Shown: piece after piece, positions 43,170 through 51,679 of the stretch
Layout of the letters: every line of letters starts with the position of its first letter
How positions within the stretch are numbered: position 1 is the stretch's first letter
Virus record (IMG/VR): IMGVR_UViG_3300017989_000078
From: a virus
Direction: 5' to 3' (one strand)
DNA: 64,000 nucleotides
Program-made: the position numbers and the translations under genes
The notes under the pieces: model-generated
Database searches by the model: none
Seen by the model: the letters and a program-made list of their open reading frames with translations, nothing else
Told to the model about the DNA's origin: nothing

Positions 43170-45085
43170 TGGCCCCCCGGGTAAGGAAGAGCGGCAAAGC
43201 CGGGGCTACAAGAAAAAGTAACGACCCAGCGTTCCACGTGGACGTTCGCGAGATACTGGCCAAGGCATCTGTGATGACCGGTCGTGAGGTTAACGAGTCC
43301 TCTGCCATTGCTGCTCTTGACACACGGCGTGACATGTACGGCGATTCAGGCGCCGTTGAGCCGCCATATGATCCGGAGTCACTGCTGAACTACATCGAAT
43401 TGACACCACACCTCGCGCCCAATATCGCCAGCTACCAGACGAACATCGAGGGGTATGGCTACCAAGCTGTAGTGAAAGTGCCTTGGATGGAAGATCTGGA
43501 CAGCGAAGAAGCGACGGAGGCTATCCGTAACGCACTCCAGATCGAGAGGTATGTGGACCAGGAGGAGGCGATTTTAGCAGCGGCTGAAAAGGCAGAAGAC
43601 GATGCGCCAGTGGATGTGGACGACGGCGGCGAAGTGACCGACGAAGAAGTGGATGAGGTGCGCAAGAAGTTGGCAATTGGCCTACGCAGGGAAGAGTACT
43701 TCTTCAATGCATTCTTCGATACCTGTTGCAGCACGATGTCGTTCATCAAGCTTCGCCGAATCACTAGATTTGACATCGAGGGCAATGGGTGGGGCGCGTG
43801 GGAAATGCTCGAGGATGGTTATGGTAGACTCAAGCGGCTCAACTACATCCCAGGATACACAGTGCGCCCAATGCGTGACGAGGGAGAACTAGTCGAGACA
43901 ACGGAAGACGACCCGATTACACCATTGTCAGAGGGACGTGAGATCCCTGTGCATCGCCGGTTCCGTCGGTATGTCCAGATAGTTGGAGATCGGAAGTCTT
44001 ATTACAAATCCCCCAATGATCCCAGAGTGATAAGTGCCACTACGGGCAAGATCTACAAGTCAGTGGAGGAAATGCGCAAGCCCAAAGACGATGGCGGCGA
44101 AGGAAAGAATGCCAGAGAAGCCAACGAGTTGATCTACATACCGCTCCATGACCCGCGTACGCCGTGCCCTCCACCTCGCTGGATAGGCAACCTGCTGGCA
44201 GTACTTGGTGTACGAGAGGCAGACGAGACCAACTACTTCTATCTGGACAGTAGTGCGATACCACCAGGCATCTTGTTTGTTGGAGGCGGCAAGGTACCAC
44301 GGGATATGAAGGACCGACTCGAGCAGCGGATGACACAGGAGTTTGGTGGTAGCGAGAACCGTCACAAGATCTTAGTTGTGGAGGCGCATCCGATGAAGCA
44401 AAAGGGTGAGGAGCGGACCCTGATGCCGACAATGGAGTTTGAGTCACTTCGTGGAGCACAGCAGTCTGACGCCACATTCACGAACTACGACGAACGCAGT
44501 GCCGACAGGATAGGTGCTTCGTTTCGGTTGCCTCCGATGCTGCGTGGTTACACACCAAAGAATCTGAATCGTGCAACTGCCATCGCGGCACTTTCGTTTG
44601 CTGAGGAACAGGTTTTCGAGCCAGAGCGCGAGGACATCGACTGGATCATCAACAAGTACATATTGCCACGGATCGGTGTGACTCTTCATACCTTCAGGTC
44701 AAACTCTCCACCGACCCGTAGTCCGGAGGAAATTGCCGAGCTGATCAAGGTTGCAGCGCCTAATGGTGGATTGCTTCCATATGAGATTCGTTCGTTATTG
44801 GGCGATGCCCTGAACCGTGGCCTAGCGAAAGTCGAAGAGGAGTGGGCTCGGTGGCCAATGCCGATGACACTTGCAGGGATTAGCGATGGCGGACAGGTCA
44901 CACCAGAAGAGGGTGATGAAGAAGCCGTTCTTTCAATGGGCCAAGTGACAAACCAGCTAGATCAGCTCACAAAGCGTGTCGAAGCGATCTTGACCGATGA
45001 GTTGCGCCAGGCCGGGTTTGATTTGGATCTTGAGGTTTCAGCGCGTAATATAGACGAGCTGCCCGTGGAAGGCGACGATGAATAG
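43169..45085 (+). CDS. portal protein (PBSX-type pattern)
   Basis: 638 aa downstream of terL. VEPPYDPESLLNYIELTPHLAPNIASYQTNIEGYGY and FDIEGNGWGAWEMLEDGYGRLKRLNYIPGYTVRPMR fit portal family patterns as I recall them. Confidence 0.75.
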   Translation: MAPRVRKSGKAGATRKSNDPAFHVDVREILAKASVMTGREVNESSAIAALDTRRDMYGDSGAVEPPYDPESLLNYIELTPHLAPNIASYQTNIEGYGYQAVVKVPWMEDLDSEEATEAIRNALQIERYVDQEEAILAAAEKAEDDAPVDVDDGGEVTDEEVDEVRKKLAIGLRREEYFFNAFFDTCCSTMSFIKLRRITRFDIEGNGWGAWEMLEDGYGRLKRLNYIPGYTVRPMRDEGELVETTEDDPITPLSEGREIPVHRRFRRYVQIVGDRKSYYKSPNDPRVISATTGKIYKSVEEMRKPKDDGGEGKNAREANELIYIPLHDPRTPCPPPRWIGNLLAVLGVREADETNYFYLDSSAIPPGILFVGGGKVPRDMKDRLEQRMTQEFGGSENRHKILVVEAHPMKQKGEERTLMPTMEFESLRGAQQSDATFTNYDERSADRIGASFRLPPMLRGYTPKNLNRATAIAALSFAEEQVFEPEREDIDWIINKYILPRIGVTLHTFRSNSPPTRSPEEIAELIKVAAPNGGLLPYEIRSLLGDALNRGLAKVEEEWARWPMPMTLAGISDGGQVTPEEGDEEAVLSMGQVTNQLDQLTKRVEAILTDELRQAGFDLDLEVSARNIDELPVEGDDE

Positions 45086-45317
45086 CCTGTTTTCAAAACC
45101 TCGAGGAGTGTCTGTTGGAGACGTATTTATCAACAAGGAATTGGAGGCGAAGGGTGAGCCTCATCCGATGCGCGTAGTTCGTGTGAAACGGGTAGACGAT
45201 ACAGGAATGATCCTGCTTGTATCGAATATTTACGGGATTGGTGGCATGGAGCATACAGTAACCAACGAAACACTACGTAAAGAATATCGAAGTGAAAAAG
45301 AAGGAAATGACAAGTGA
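45078..45317 (+). CDS. hypothetical protein
   Basis: Overlaps the portal stop. Confidence 0.5.
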   Translation: MNSLFSKPRGVSVGDVFINKELEAKGEPHPMRVVRVKRVDDTGMILLVSNIYGIGGMEHTVTNETLRKEYRSEKEGNDK

Positions 45318-45889
45318 TTTCGAAACTCACAAGTGACAACATCCAGGGAATGCTTAACGCACTTGATCATCCCGTGGCAGCGAAGATCAATGAGATCATC
45401 GACATGGTGAACGCAGGTGGCATTCTTCAGGACCTCCAGAGCGTTCTCGACACCGGAAGCGTGGCTGCTATCACCACGCCGTTCGACATCGGCTTCGGGA
45501 TGCTCGACGTCTTCGACCTCGTTGCAGGTCACGGCACGGTCCACGGAGCCTTTGACATATCCAGTACTAACACCTATGGACCGGCGTACCCACCAAGGGA
45601 CCCAACTGCTGCCCTTGGACCGTCGTCGTTCGCGGCTGGATTTCTTAACGAGGTCACTGGGTACGCCGCAGCTGCCTTTGCGGGAACCAGCAAGCCACAG
45701 GCTCATATGCCTTCGCTCAGGGCGAGAACTGTGAGGCATCTGGGTATGCTAGCCGCGCTGTCGGAGATCAGTGCAAGGCGGCTCACTCTTACACCGAGGC
45801 CAGGGGCTTCAACTGCGAGGCATCGTACTATTCGGCGCTGGCGATGGGGGGGTTCTGTCGAGCTACTGCGGCGTCGGCAACAGCGATAG
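45314..45889 (+). CDS. tail-fibre-like protein, 5' portion (sensible translation only up to about 45683)
   Basis: GTGA overlap. The sequence ...SSFAAGFLNEVTGYAAAAFAG then degenerates into an Arg-rich tail. Confidence 0.5.
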   Translation: MISKLTSDNIQGMLNALDHPVAAKINEIIDMVNAGGILQDLQSVLDTGSVAAITTPFDIGFGMLDVFDLVAGHGTVHGAFDISSTNTYGPAYPPRDPTAALGPSSFAAGFLNEVTGYAAAAFAGTSKPQAHMPSLRARTVRHLGMLAALSEISARRLTLTPRPGASTARHRTIRRWRWGGSVELLRRRQQR

Positions 45890-46431
45890 GAAATGGCTAC
45901 TGGAATGGTGGTTCTATCTACAGGTGGCTCCAGGCTCACGGTCAAGGCGCGTTCAATTTGTCATCGGTCAATGGGTCATACGGTGCTGCACAGACCGGAG
46001 CCTCTGGTGCAAGGTCTTTCATCTTGGGGGGAGTCAACCACGAGACCGAGGCCGGATCTGCCGATGCGATGATTCTTGGCGGAGGGAACGTCAAGATGGA
46101 GACCAGCGCCTTACGGTCTGTCGCCATCGGCCTTATGAATGCCGTCATAGCTGACCCAGACAAGGTATACCTCCGGAACTTGAACCTATGGGATGCGGTG
46201 CCACGGGATGACTCCCTCACTGAGTTGTTGGCCTACAAGCCTGCCGACAAGTCAGTTCAGTACGTGGACAAGACTTCTGTCTCAATGCACCTGGGCTACG
46301 GAGCAACAGGAGCGAGGCCGGCAGGCCTAGTCGGGACTGATACTGGCAAGCAATATTTCGACACCACCGTTGGAGCGCCGATTTGGTGGAACGGATCCGG
46401 GTGGGTTGACGCTAGCGGCTCGCCCATCTAG
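45649..46431 (+). CDS. tail-fibre-like protein, 3' portion in the -1 frame (no start codon until 45844)
   Basis: Frame open from 45649. NQQATGSYAFAQGENCEASGYASRAVGDQCKAAHSYTEARGFNCEASYYSALAMGG continues the same G-x-x-A-x-A-x-G style repeats. The C-terminus QYFDTTVGAPIWWNGSGWVDASG is typical of fibre tips. Confidence 0.55.
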   Translation, partial: RGHWVRRSCLCGNQQATGSYAFAQGENCEASGYASRAVGDQCKAAHSYTEARGFNCEASYYSALAMGGFCRATAASATAIGNGYWNGGSIYRWLQAHGQGAFNLSSVNGSYGAAQTGASGARSFILGGVNHETEAGSADAMILGGGNVKMETSALRSVAIGLMNAVIADPDKVYLRNLNLWDAVPRDDSLTELLAYKPADKSVQYVDKTSVSMHLGYGATGARPAGLVGTDTGKQYFDTTVGAPIWWNGSGWVDASGSPI

Positions 46432-46442
46432 AGGAGGAAGAC

Positions 46443-46514
46443 ATGAACAAGATAGACGACAAACCGAAACCGGGGCAGCCCGACCCTAAGAAGTGGCCAC
46501 CCGAGTGCGACTAG
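46443..46514 (+). CDS. 23-codon micro-ORF (MNKIDDKPKPGQPDPKKWPPECD)
   Basis: Strong GAGGAGGAAG RBS 5 nt upstream. Not in the ORF track because of its size. Confidence 0.3.
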   Translation: MNKIDDKPKPGQPDPKKWPPECD

Positions 46515-46539
46515 TAGTGTGATGACAAGTAACTATAAT

Positions 46540-46659
46540 GTGTCGTTGGCGGAATGTTATACGCAGCCCTCAGGTAAGGGGCTCGTTGAAAATGGTGGAA
46601 CATCTGTTGTTGAACAGTATTAAACCTCAACGATGCAGGTGCGAATCCTGCACGGCACA
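46540..46659 (+). ncRNA. tRNA-like cloverleaf element with an oversized extra arm (non-canonical)
   Basis: 7-bp acceptor stem 46540-46546/46652-46658. D stem 46549-46551/46562-46564. Anticodon stem 46566-46570/46578-46582 with 7-nt loop CAGGTAA. T arm GCAGG-TGCGAAT-CCTGC at 46635-46651. A 52-nt insert (46583-46634) has its own 7-bp stem. Confidence 0.45.
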
Positions 46660-46728
46660 CTACGCAGACATTATAACCATCCACGAAAGGAGGACAGCAT
46701 GTTGAAATAGAAAAAGGAGAAGTGCAGA

Positions 46729-46956
46729 ATGTCGCACCACAAAAGACGTAAACCTAGGAATCAACGCGCCGGATGTAAGCAGTGCAAGCCATGGAAAATA
46801 AACGGGGTTGGTAAAGACAAACCAATTTCGGAAGCATGGTCTGATTACAAGCGCAGACAATTTAAAATGCGAGACATGAAAGAAGACATCGCAGGACAAG
46901 ATTCAATCATCGTAGCCAATTGCCGGGAGGAGAAGCAAAATGGGAACCTTCCCTGA
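46729..46956 (+). CDS. small basic hypothetical protein
   Basis: AAAAGGAGAAG RBS. Confidence 0.5.
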   Translation: MSHHKRRKPRNQRAGCKQCKPWKINGVGKDKPISEAWSDYKRRQFKMRDMKEDIAGQDSIIVANCREEKQNGNLP

Positions 46957-47434
46957 TCGACTGGATCCAATTACTGTTCCGCTGCCGATTATGATACCGG
47001 GCAGTGAAGGTGCGCCAGACATAACAGAACTGACATTCACCGTCACAAAGGTGCTCGAGCGTGAATACGGGGACGGCGTTTACATCATGGCCTCGGCCCG
47101 ATATGAAATGGTGACAGATCTAGAGACGCAAGAATTTGGTTTTGTAACAAATCGGAACACGGGCAAGATCCAGGAGGCTTCGGAGGCCATCTTCTTTTCT
47201 GCCGCTAAGTATGCAGCGTTTGTGCTGGCATATACAAAGCAGACACCACCATTACCGTTGCCAGACAACCCAGGACTGTTCTCGCCATGGTCCAGCGCAG
47301 TCATTGACACAGTGGATGGGACATCACCATTCCGTGGTTTCTGTGCCGGCATCCACTCATTGGCGTCGGATGCAGTAGAAACTGCGGAGATCTTATTCCG
47401 TTCAATGTGGCACGAAGAACCGCATGGAGATTAA
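46940..47434 (+). CDS. hypothetical protein
   Basis: GGGAGGAG RBS. Confidence 0.55.
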   Translation: MGTFPDRLDPITVPLPIMIPGSEGAPDITELTFTVTKVLEREYGDGVYIMASARYEMVTDLETQEFGFVTNRNTGKIQEASEAIFFSAAKYAAFVLAYTKQTPPLPLPDNPGLFSPWSSAVIDTVDGTSPFRGFCAGIHSLASDAVETAEILFRSMWHEEPHGD

Positions 47435-47817
47435 TGATGGCGCAAAAAGAATGGTACAATGGTCCGTACAAAGTTGTAGATGGAATAGACACATTGGGGC
47501 GCCGTCCGAGCCCCGGACTAGGTGATATTATCGCACATCGCAGTGGTGCCTTGGTATTGCGGTGTCCCAAATGCCATGCGATGCAGTTCACCCGGGCCGT
47601 TGTCTACAATAGCAAGGAGAACCCAACACTGGACCGTCCGATACATTGCGGCAGCGGTCATTGCAAGAAGTGCGGGATATGGTTCAGTATTACCGGCGGA
47701 ACATCAGAGCAGGTAGATGAACCTGTGAAAGCAACGAGGCCAATTCCACGCAAGCTCGCCAAGGCCGGCGTGCATCCATCTCCAAAGATCAAGATCAAAC
47801 AACCACAGGATTCATAA
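47434..47817 (+). CDS. hypothetical zinc-ribbon protein
   Basis: TAATG-type overlap; CPKCH...CGSGHCKKCG. Confidence 0.55.
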   Translation: MMAQKEWYNGPYKVVDGIDTLGRRPSPGLGDIIAHRSGALVLRCPKCHAMQFTRAVVYNSKENPTLDRPIHCGSGHCKKCGIWFSITGGTSEQVDEPVKATRPIPRKLAKAGVHPSPKIKIKQPQDS

Positions 47818-50800
47818 TGCTTGGCGTGTATTCCAATCCAGCACGTGGCTTCATGACTTTATATCCGGTAGCTGATCTTGGTGATGACGCTGTCGTTGCG
47901 TTGTGGAAAGTTGGTGTGCGCGCCAAGAGTCAGATTTGCAAAGCAGAAGGTTTTGCTCTTCTGGTCATGTCCTGCGATAGGGTGCTTCCCATACGAATCA
48001 ACTCCAAGACAGTCCAGCAGGCACGCCAGGAAGCGATCAAGTGTGTTCGCTCAGGGGAGGTCACCCTGCTCAAGTCCAGATACAGGGGACGGCACACGGT
48101 GTTTGAGAGGGTAGAGACGATCAGCGTGATGAGACCGGGAGTTGCTGAGTTGGACAAAGCCGCCAGTCTCGTTGCTCCGAGCGGTGTATTGCTGGAGAAG
48201 GCGCTATCTCCGCAGGATCCAACCGATGCTCGTATGATCGCTAAACGTCTCGGAAGTCAGTTGCGGTTTGCAGAACAAAAGGTATTGGGAAACAAACTGG
48301 AGAAGTACGTTAAGCGCCTGAATGTAGACTGGCCAAACCTATCTCACAAGGAAACATCGAGACATCTGGCGAGTATTCGTGGAGAACTCCGAAAGATGCT
48401 TGGTACGGCGGCCGTTGAGGTAATGCCCACATGGAGTGGCAAGATAGAAACCAGATTGAAAGGTGTCTTTGCGAATGCACGAAAGGTGGTCCAGAGCAAC
48501 TTCCTTCCTAGTGTGGGTGTGTCACTACGCCAGCCAGATGTTGTGGCAATCGGAGCAATTGCAGATCAGAGCGGTTGGTGGATGCGCGATGCCGCAGGCG
48601 TCCGGTCGGACAGACTAACTGCACGTGCACGCAAAGTGGTGGCACAGGGGCTGCGCGATGGACTAGGCCGTCATGACATTGGGGAGATGCTGCAGAAGAC
48701 CTTGCCCAAAGCGTGGCAGGCCATGGGGTCCAACTACTTCACTGTTGTTGCAGCAGCTGCGGTAAACAGAGCACGCTCATATTCGGAAGTCAGTGGTTAC
48801 ATCGAAGTTGGTATCGAGGCGCTGGAGGTGCAGGCAGTACTCGATGAGCGCACGACGGAAATATGCCGATGTCTGGACGGACAGGTCATCGATACGCATG
48901 TGGTCAGTCAGCAAATTGTAGGCGCCATGAACGTGGCACGTCCGGAGGACATCCGTGATGCCTCTCCATTCCTGAAGGAGATTACCAACCAAAAGACTGG
49001 TGTGCGCAGCATTGTCACCGCGAATAACGGGACCAAAATTGCGGATGTAGTTCGCAGCGGTGTTGGGCGCGTCGATGATCGTGGAATATTCAAATACTTC
49101 AAGGCCGGCAACCAGCTCGCCGATGCCAACATAGGACCGCCTCCTTATCACCACATTTGCAGATCATGGACGATACCTGTCACTACGACAGTGTCCGTTC
49201 CGAGAAATAAAATGGCTCGGGCAGGCGGCGGCGCACCTACTGCACCTAAGATAGTTCCAAAGGGTGGGAAGCCACGTCCAGGGGTTGGACCACGGCCGCA
49301 GATTATGCATCCCAAGCCGACTACCAGGGAGCAACCGCTTGTCGGTGATCCAGACCTGATCGAACGCTATCCGTTTACACAGGATTTTGTTACGCCAGGC
49401 AATCTTCCAGCTCGTTGGTACAAGGATGCTGCTACGGGAGAACTCAAGCATGCAGCGGTATACCAGCGGTATCAGTACGACCCACAGAGCCGCGTCATTC
49501 GCGGGCTCGGTAGACCGTCGCAGGTAGCCAAACCCAAAGATCCGCTTAAGGACGTGTTGTCCGATCTGTCCAGGAAACTGAAACTATCTGCAGATACAAA
49601 CGGCGTAGTAATGAATGTCGAGAAGCTGGGCACTAGAACTACGAAGGACTTTGTGCTCGCCGAAACTAAACAGCCAGCTGCCCATCGGGTCTACACGGTA
49701 CGGAGCACTACAACGGGTGAGCTAGAATATTTGAAATTCAACAGTGACCTGCGTCGCAAATCCAGAAATGCTCTGTCAGATCTACGCCATGCAGAATCGG
49801 CAGCTAAGATGGAACAGGCGTTGGCACGCATGGAGAAACAGGGATACCTGATCCGTACCAAGGACGCATCCACGGTTACTTTTGGGAAACCAGCACCGAA
49901 GATGGCTCCCAAGGCCAGCCCTGGTCCAAAGCGTCCCCCCGCTACTCCACCTAAAAAGACGCCAAAGAAAAAGCCAACAGACCCAACGATTGCACCGAAG
50001 CCAAAACCGAAGATTGTGGCACCCAATAAGAAGCCTCCAAAAAAGAAACCGCCACAACCCCCAGAGCCACAACAGCCCGCATCAGGTAAGGTAGATGACT
50101 ATAGTGAATATGGATTGATAGAAAACAAACCTGTCACGGAGCAGTTGCAAAAACGAATAGAGATGGAAGGGGCTCGTCTATCCGATTATTTGTCCAATGA
50201 AACGGCAAAGATGCAGTCAAGGTTTGGACGGAATCTTTTTGACCATGAACGGGCAGATAGAATCAGAGATTTTGTTGCGGCAGAGACAGGCAGTGTCAGT
50301 AAGTTTACAAGAAAAGTCATCACCGACAACACGGAGGCTCCTAATTCTTTTACAAAGGCAGTTTTGAAAAGGACCACCCAGCGCAAGGTGCGCCGTGGCT
50401 CGATGGGAGCGAACGTATTACCGTCGAAGGTAGGATTGAGGAAAGTCTCAATATCAGATACGGCCAAGTTGTATAACGATGCCTTTGAACATCTCAGTCA
50501 GCGTGTTATGGATGCAGCCTTGGACAAGGGACTTCCTCGAGTGTTTTACGCAACCAAAGTCCGAGGTGGCGCATATCACTCCCATAATTTTAACGCGATT
50601 GTTTTGCCAGGAGAAGCCAGTGCGGCGGAGATTAAACGAATATTCCGTCATGAGTTCGGTCATTATGTAGATACTTTGGGAAAAGGAAAGGAAGCGGCCA
50701 TTGAATTTCGAGAGATATACGCCACTCATGGTGGGCGGGTATTTACCAAGACGTATCCCAGTGGTTTCAGTTACAAATACAAACGAGGAAAGTGGGAAGA

Positions 50801-50966
50801 CGAGTATTGCGGCAGAGTGTATGAGCATGCCGCTGCGGAAACAAATTCAGTGATGTCAGAGTCGTTCGCAGAGAGCACAAAACTCAAGCTAAATAAGATG
50901 TACGAAGCCAATCCAGACCATGTTGGCTACTACATGGCACAGGCAAAGGGGAGTTTCATACCATGA
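47817..50966 (+). CDS. MuF/SPP1 gp7-like minor head protein with Pro/Lys-rich linker and C-terminal HExxH domain
   Basis: VQAVLDERTTEICRCLDGQVID matches the MuF D-x-R-T...C...DG signature. PKKTPKKKPTDPTIAPKPKPKIVAPNKKPPKKKPPQPPEPQQP is the linker. IFRHEFGHYVD is the HExxH motif. TAATG overlap. Confidence 0.75.
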   Translation: MLGVYSNPARGFMTLYPVADLGDDAVVALWKVGVRAKSQICKAEGFALLVMSCDRVLPIRINSKTVQQARQEAIKCVRSGEVTLLKSRYRGRHTVFERVETISVMRPGVAELDKAASLVAPSGVLLEKALSPQDPTDARMIAKRLGSQLRFAEQKVLGNKLEKYVKRLNVDWPNLSHKETSRHLASIRGELRKMLGTAAVEVMPTWSGKIETRLKGVFANARKVVQSNFLPSVGVSLRQPDVVAIGAIADQSGWWMRDAAGVRSDRLTARARKVVAQGLRDGLGRHDIGEMLQKTLPKAWQAMGSNYFTVVAAAAVNRARSYSEVSGYIEVGIEALEVQAVLDERTTEICRCLDGQVIDTHVVSQQIVGAMNVARPEDIRDASPFLKEITNQKTGVRSIVTANNGTKIADVVRSGVGRVDDRGIFKYFKAGNQLADANIGPPPYHHICRSWTIPVTTTVSVPRNKMARAGGGAPTAPKIVPKGGKPRPGVGPRPQIMHPKPTTREQPLVGDPDLIERYPFTQDFVTPGNLPARWYKDAATGELKHAAVYQRYQYDPQSRVIRGLGRPSQVAKPKDPLKDVLSDLSRKLKLSADTNGVVMNVEKLGTRTTKDFVLAETKQPAAHRVYTVRSTTTGELEYLKFNSDLRRKSRNALSDLRHAESAAKMEQALARMEKQGYLIRTKDASTVTFGKPAPKMAPKASPGPKRPPATPPKKTPKKKPTDPTIAPKPKPKIVAPNKKPPKKKPPQPPEPQQPASGKVDDYSEYGLIENKPVTEQLQKRIEMEGARLSDYLSNETAKMQSRFGRNLFDHERADRIRDFVAAETGSVSKFTRKVITDNTEAPNSFTKAVLKRTTQRKVRRGSMGANVLPSKVGLRKVSISDTAKLYNDAFEHLSQRVMDAALDKGLPRVFYATKVRGGAYHSHNFNAIVLPGEASAAEIKRIFRHEFGHYVDTLGKGKEAAIEFREIYATHGGRVFTKTYPSGFSYKYKRGKWEDEYCGRVYEHAAAETNSVMSESFAESTKLKLNKMYEANPDHVGYYMAQAKGSFIP

Positions 50967-51265
50967 AGGGGCAGATACCGATAATTGACAAAAAAGGGGA
51001 TGTGGTGGCAAGACTCAGTTGGAAGGGCGATGAAAGAAAAGGCACCGGTACATGGTGGTATGCTACAAAGGATGTAGAAAAGTCGATTATCAATTTGATA
51101 GAATTCAATGCAGATCTCAAGAAGGTTGGTTATGCTGACATGACCCACGATGCAGGAACTGTGAGGGGTTGGACGGGGTTCGCAGGCAACTACCAGGCGC
51201 TCTGTTCGTCGTTGCCGAGCATAGGATTAGATGTTGACGACGAGAATATTACGTGGCCAATGTAA
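50963..51265 (+). CDS. hypothetical protein
   Basis: ATGA overlap. Confidence 0.5.
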   Translation: MKGQIPIIDKKGDVVARLSWKGDERKGTGTWWYATKDVEKSIINLIEFNADLKKVGYADMTHDAGTVRGWTGFAGNYQALCSSLPSIGLDVDDENITWPM

Positions 51266-51310
51266 GGTCACGGTTGACGCAGTCCGTCAGGAAGGGTTAG
51301 GCTGTAAGGA

Positions 51311-51679
51311 ATGGAAGTGCTGATACAAAAACCTTTGGGGTCGTCTACAGGTGGACCATTTGCACAATTATTGCTAGAACCACACCAGGCTGTACGTGCA
51401 GCCCGGATGTTCGAGCGCGTGTTGCGCGAATCCTTTGAATACGACGAGAAAACCATGGGAAAGCCCTTCCGGGAACGGGTTCAAAACGGAACAGAGATGA
51501 AGAGACGTGCGCAAAAGATGGCACGATGGTTTAGGGTGTTCCGTGCCGACCTGGGGTATTCTATTTCCAGGATCGAAGCTGAGTTGGCGCAAGCGTTGCG
51601 CTGCGAACTAGACGGAGGAATCTACACGCCGGCTCCAAGTCGGGGTTCTTATGGCGTGCCGGAAGGAGACACACAATGA
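51311..51679 (+). CDS. hypothetical protein
   Basis: 122-aa ORF. Confidence 0.5.
   Translation: MEVLIQKPLGSSTGGPFAQLLLEPHQAVRAARMFERVLRESFEYDEKTMGKPFRERVQNGTEMKRRAQKMARWFRVFRADLGYSISRIEAELAQALRCELDGGIYTPAPSRGSYGVPEGDTQ

Noticed and set aside
45846-45852. G7 homopolymer as the frameshift site of the fibre-like gene
   Set aside because: The meaningful reading frame has already switched about 165 nt upstream (near 45680), so the G7 run is not the junction. It remains a possible slippage-prone tract.
46540-46659. Calling this a canonical tRNA-Thr (anticodon GGT)
   Set aside because: It spans 119 nt between the acceptor strands, has A33 and G55 instead of the universal U residues, and lacks G18-G19. 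I report it only as a tRNA-like element.
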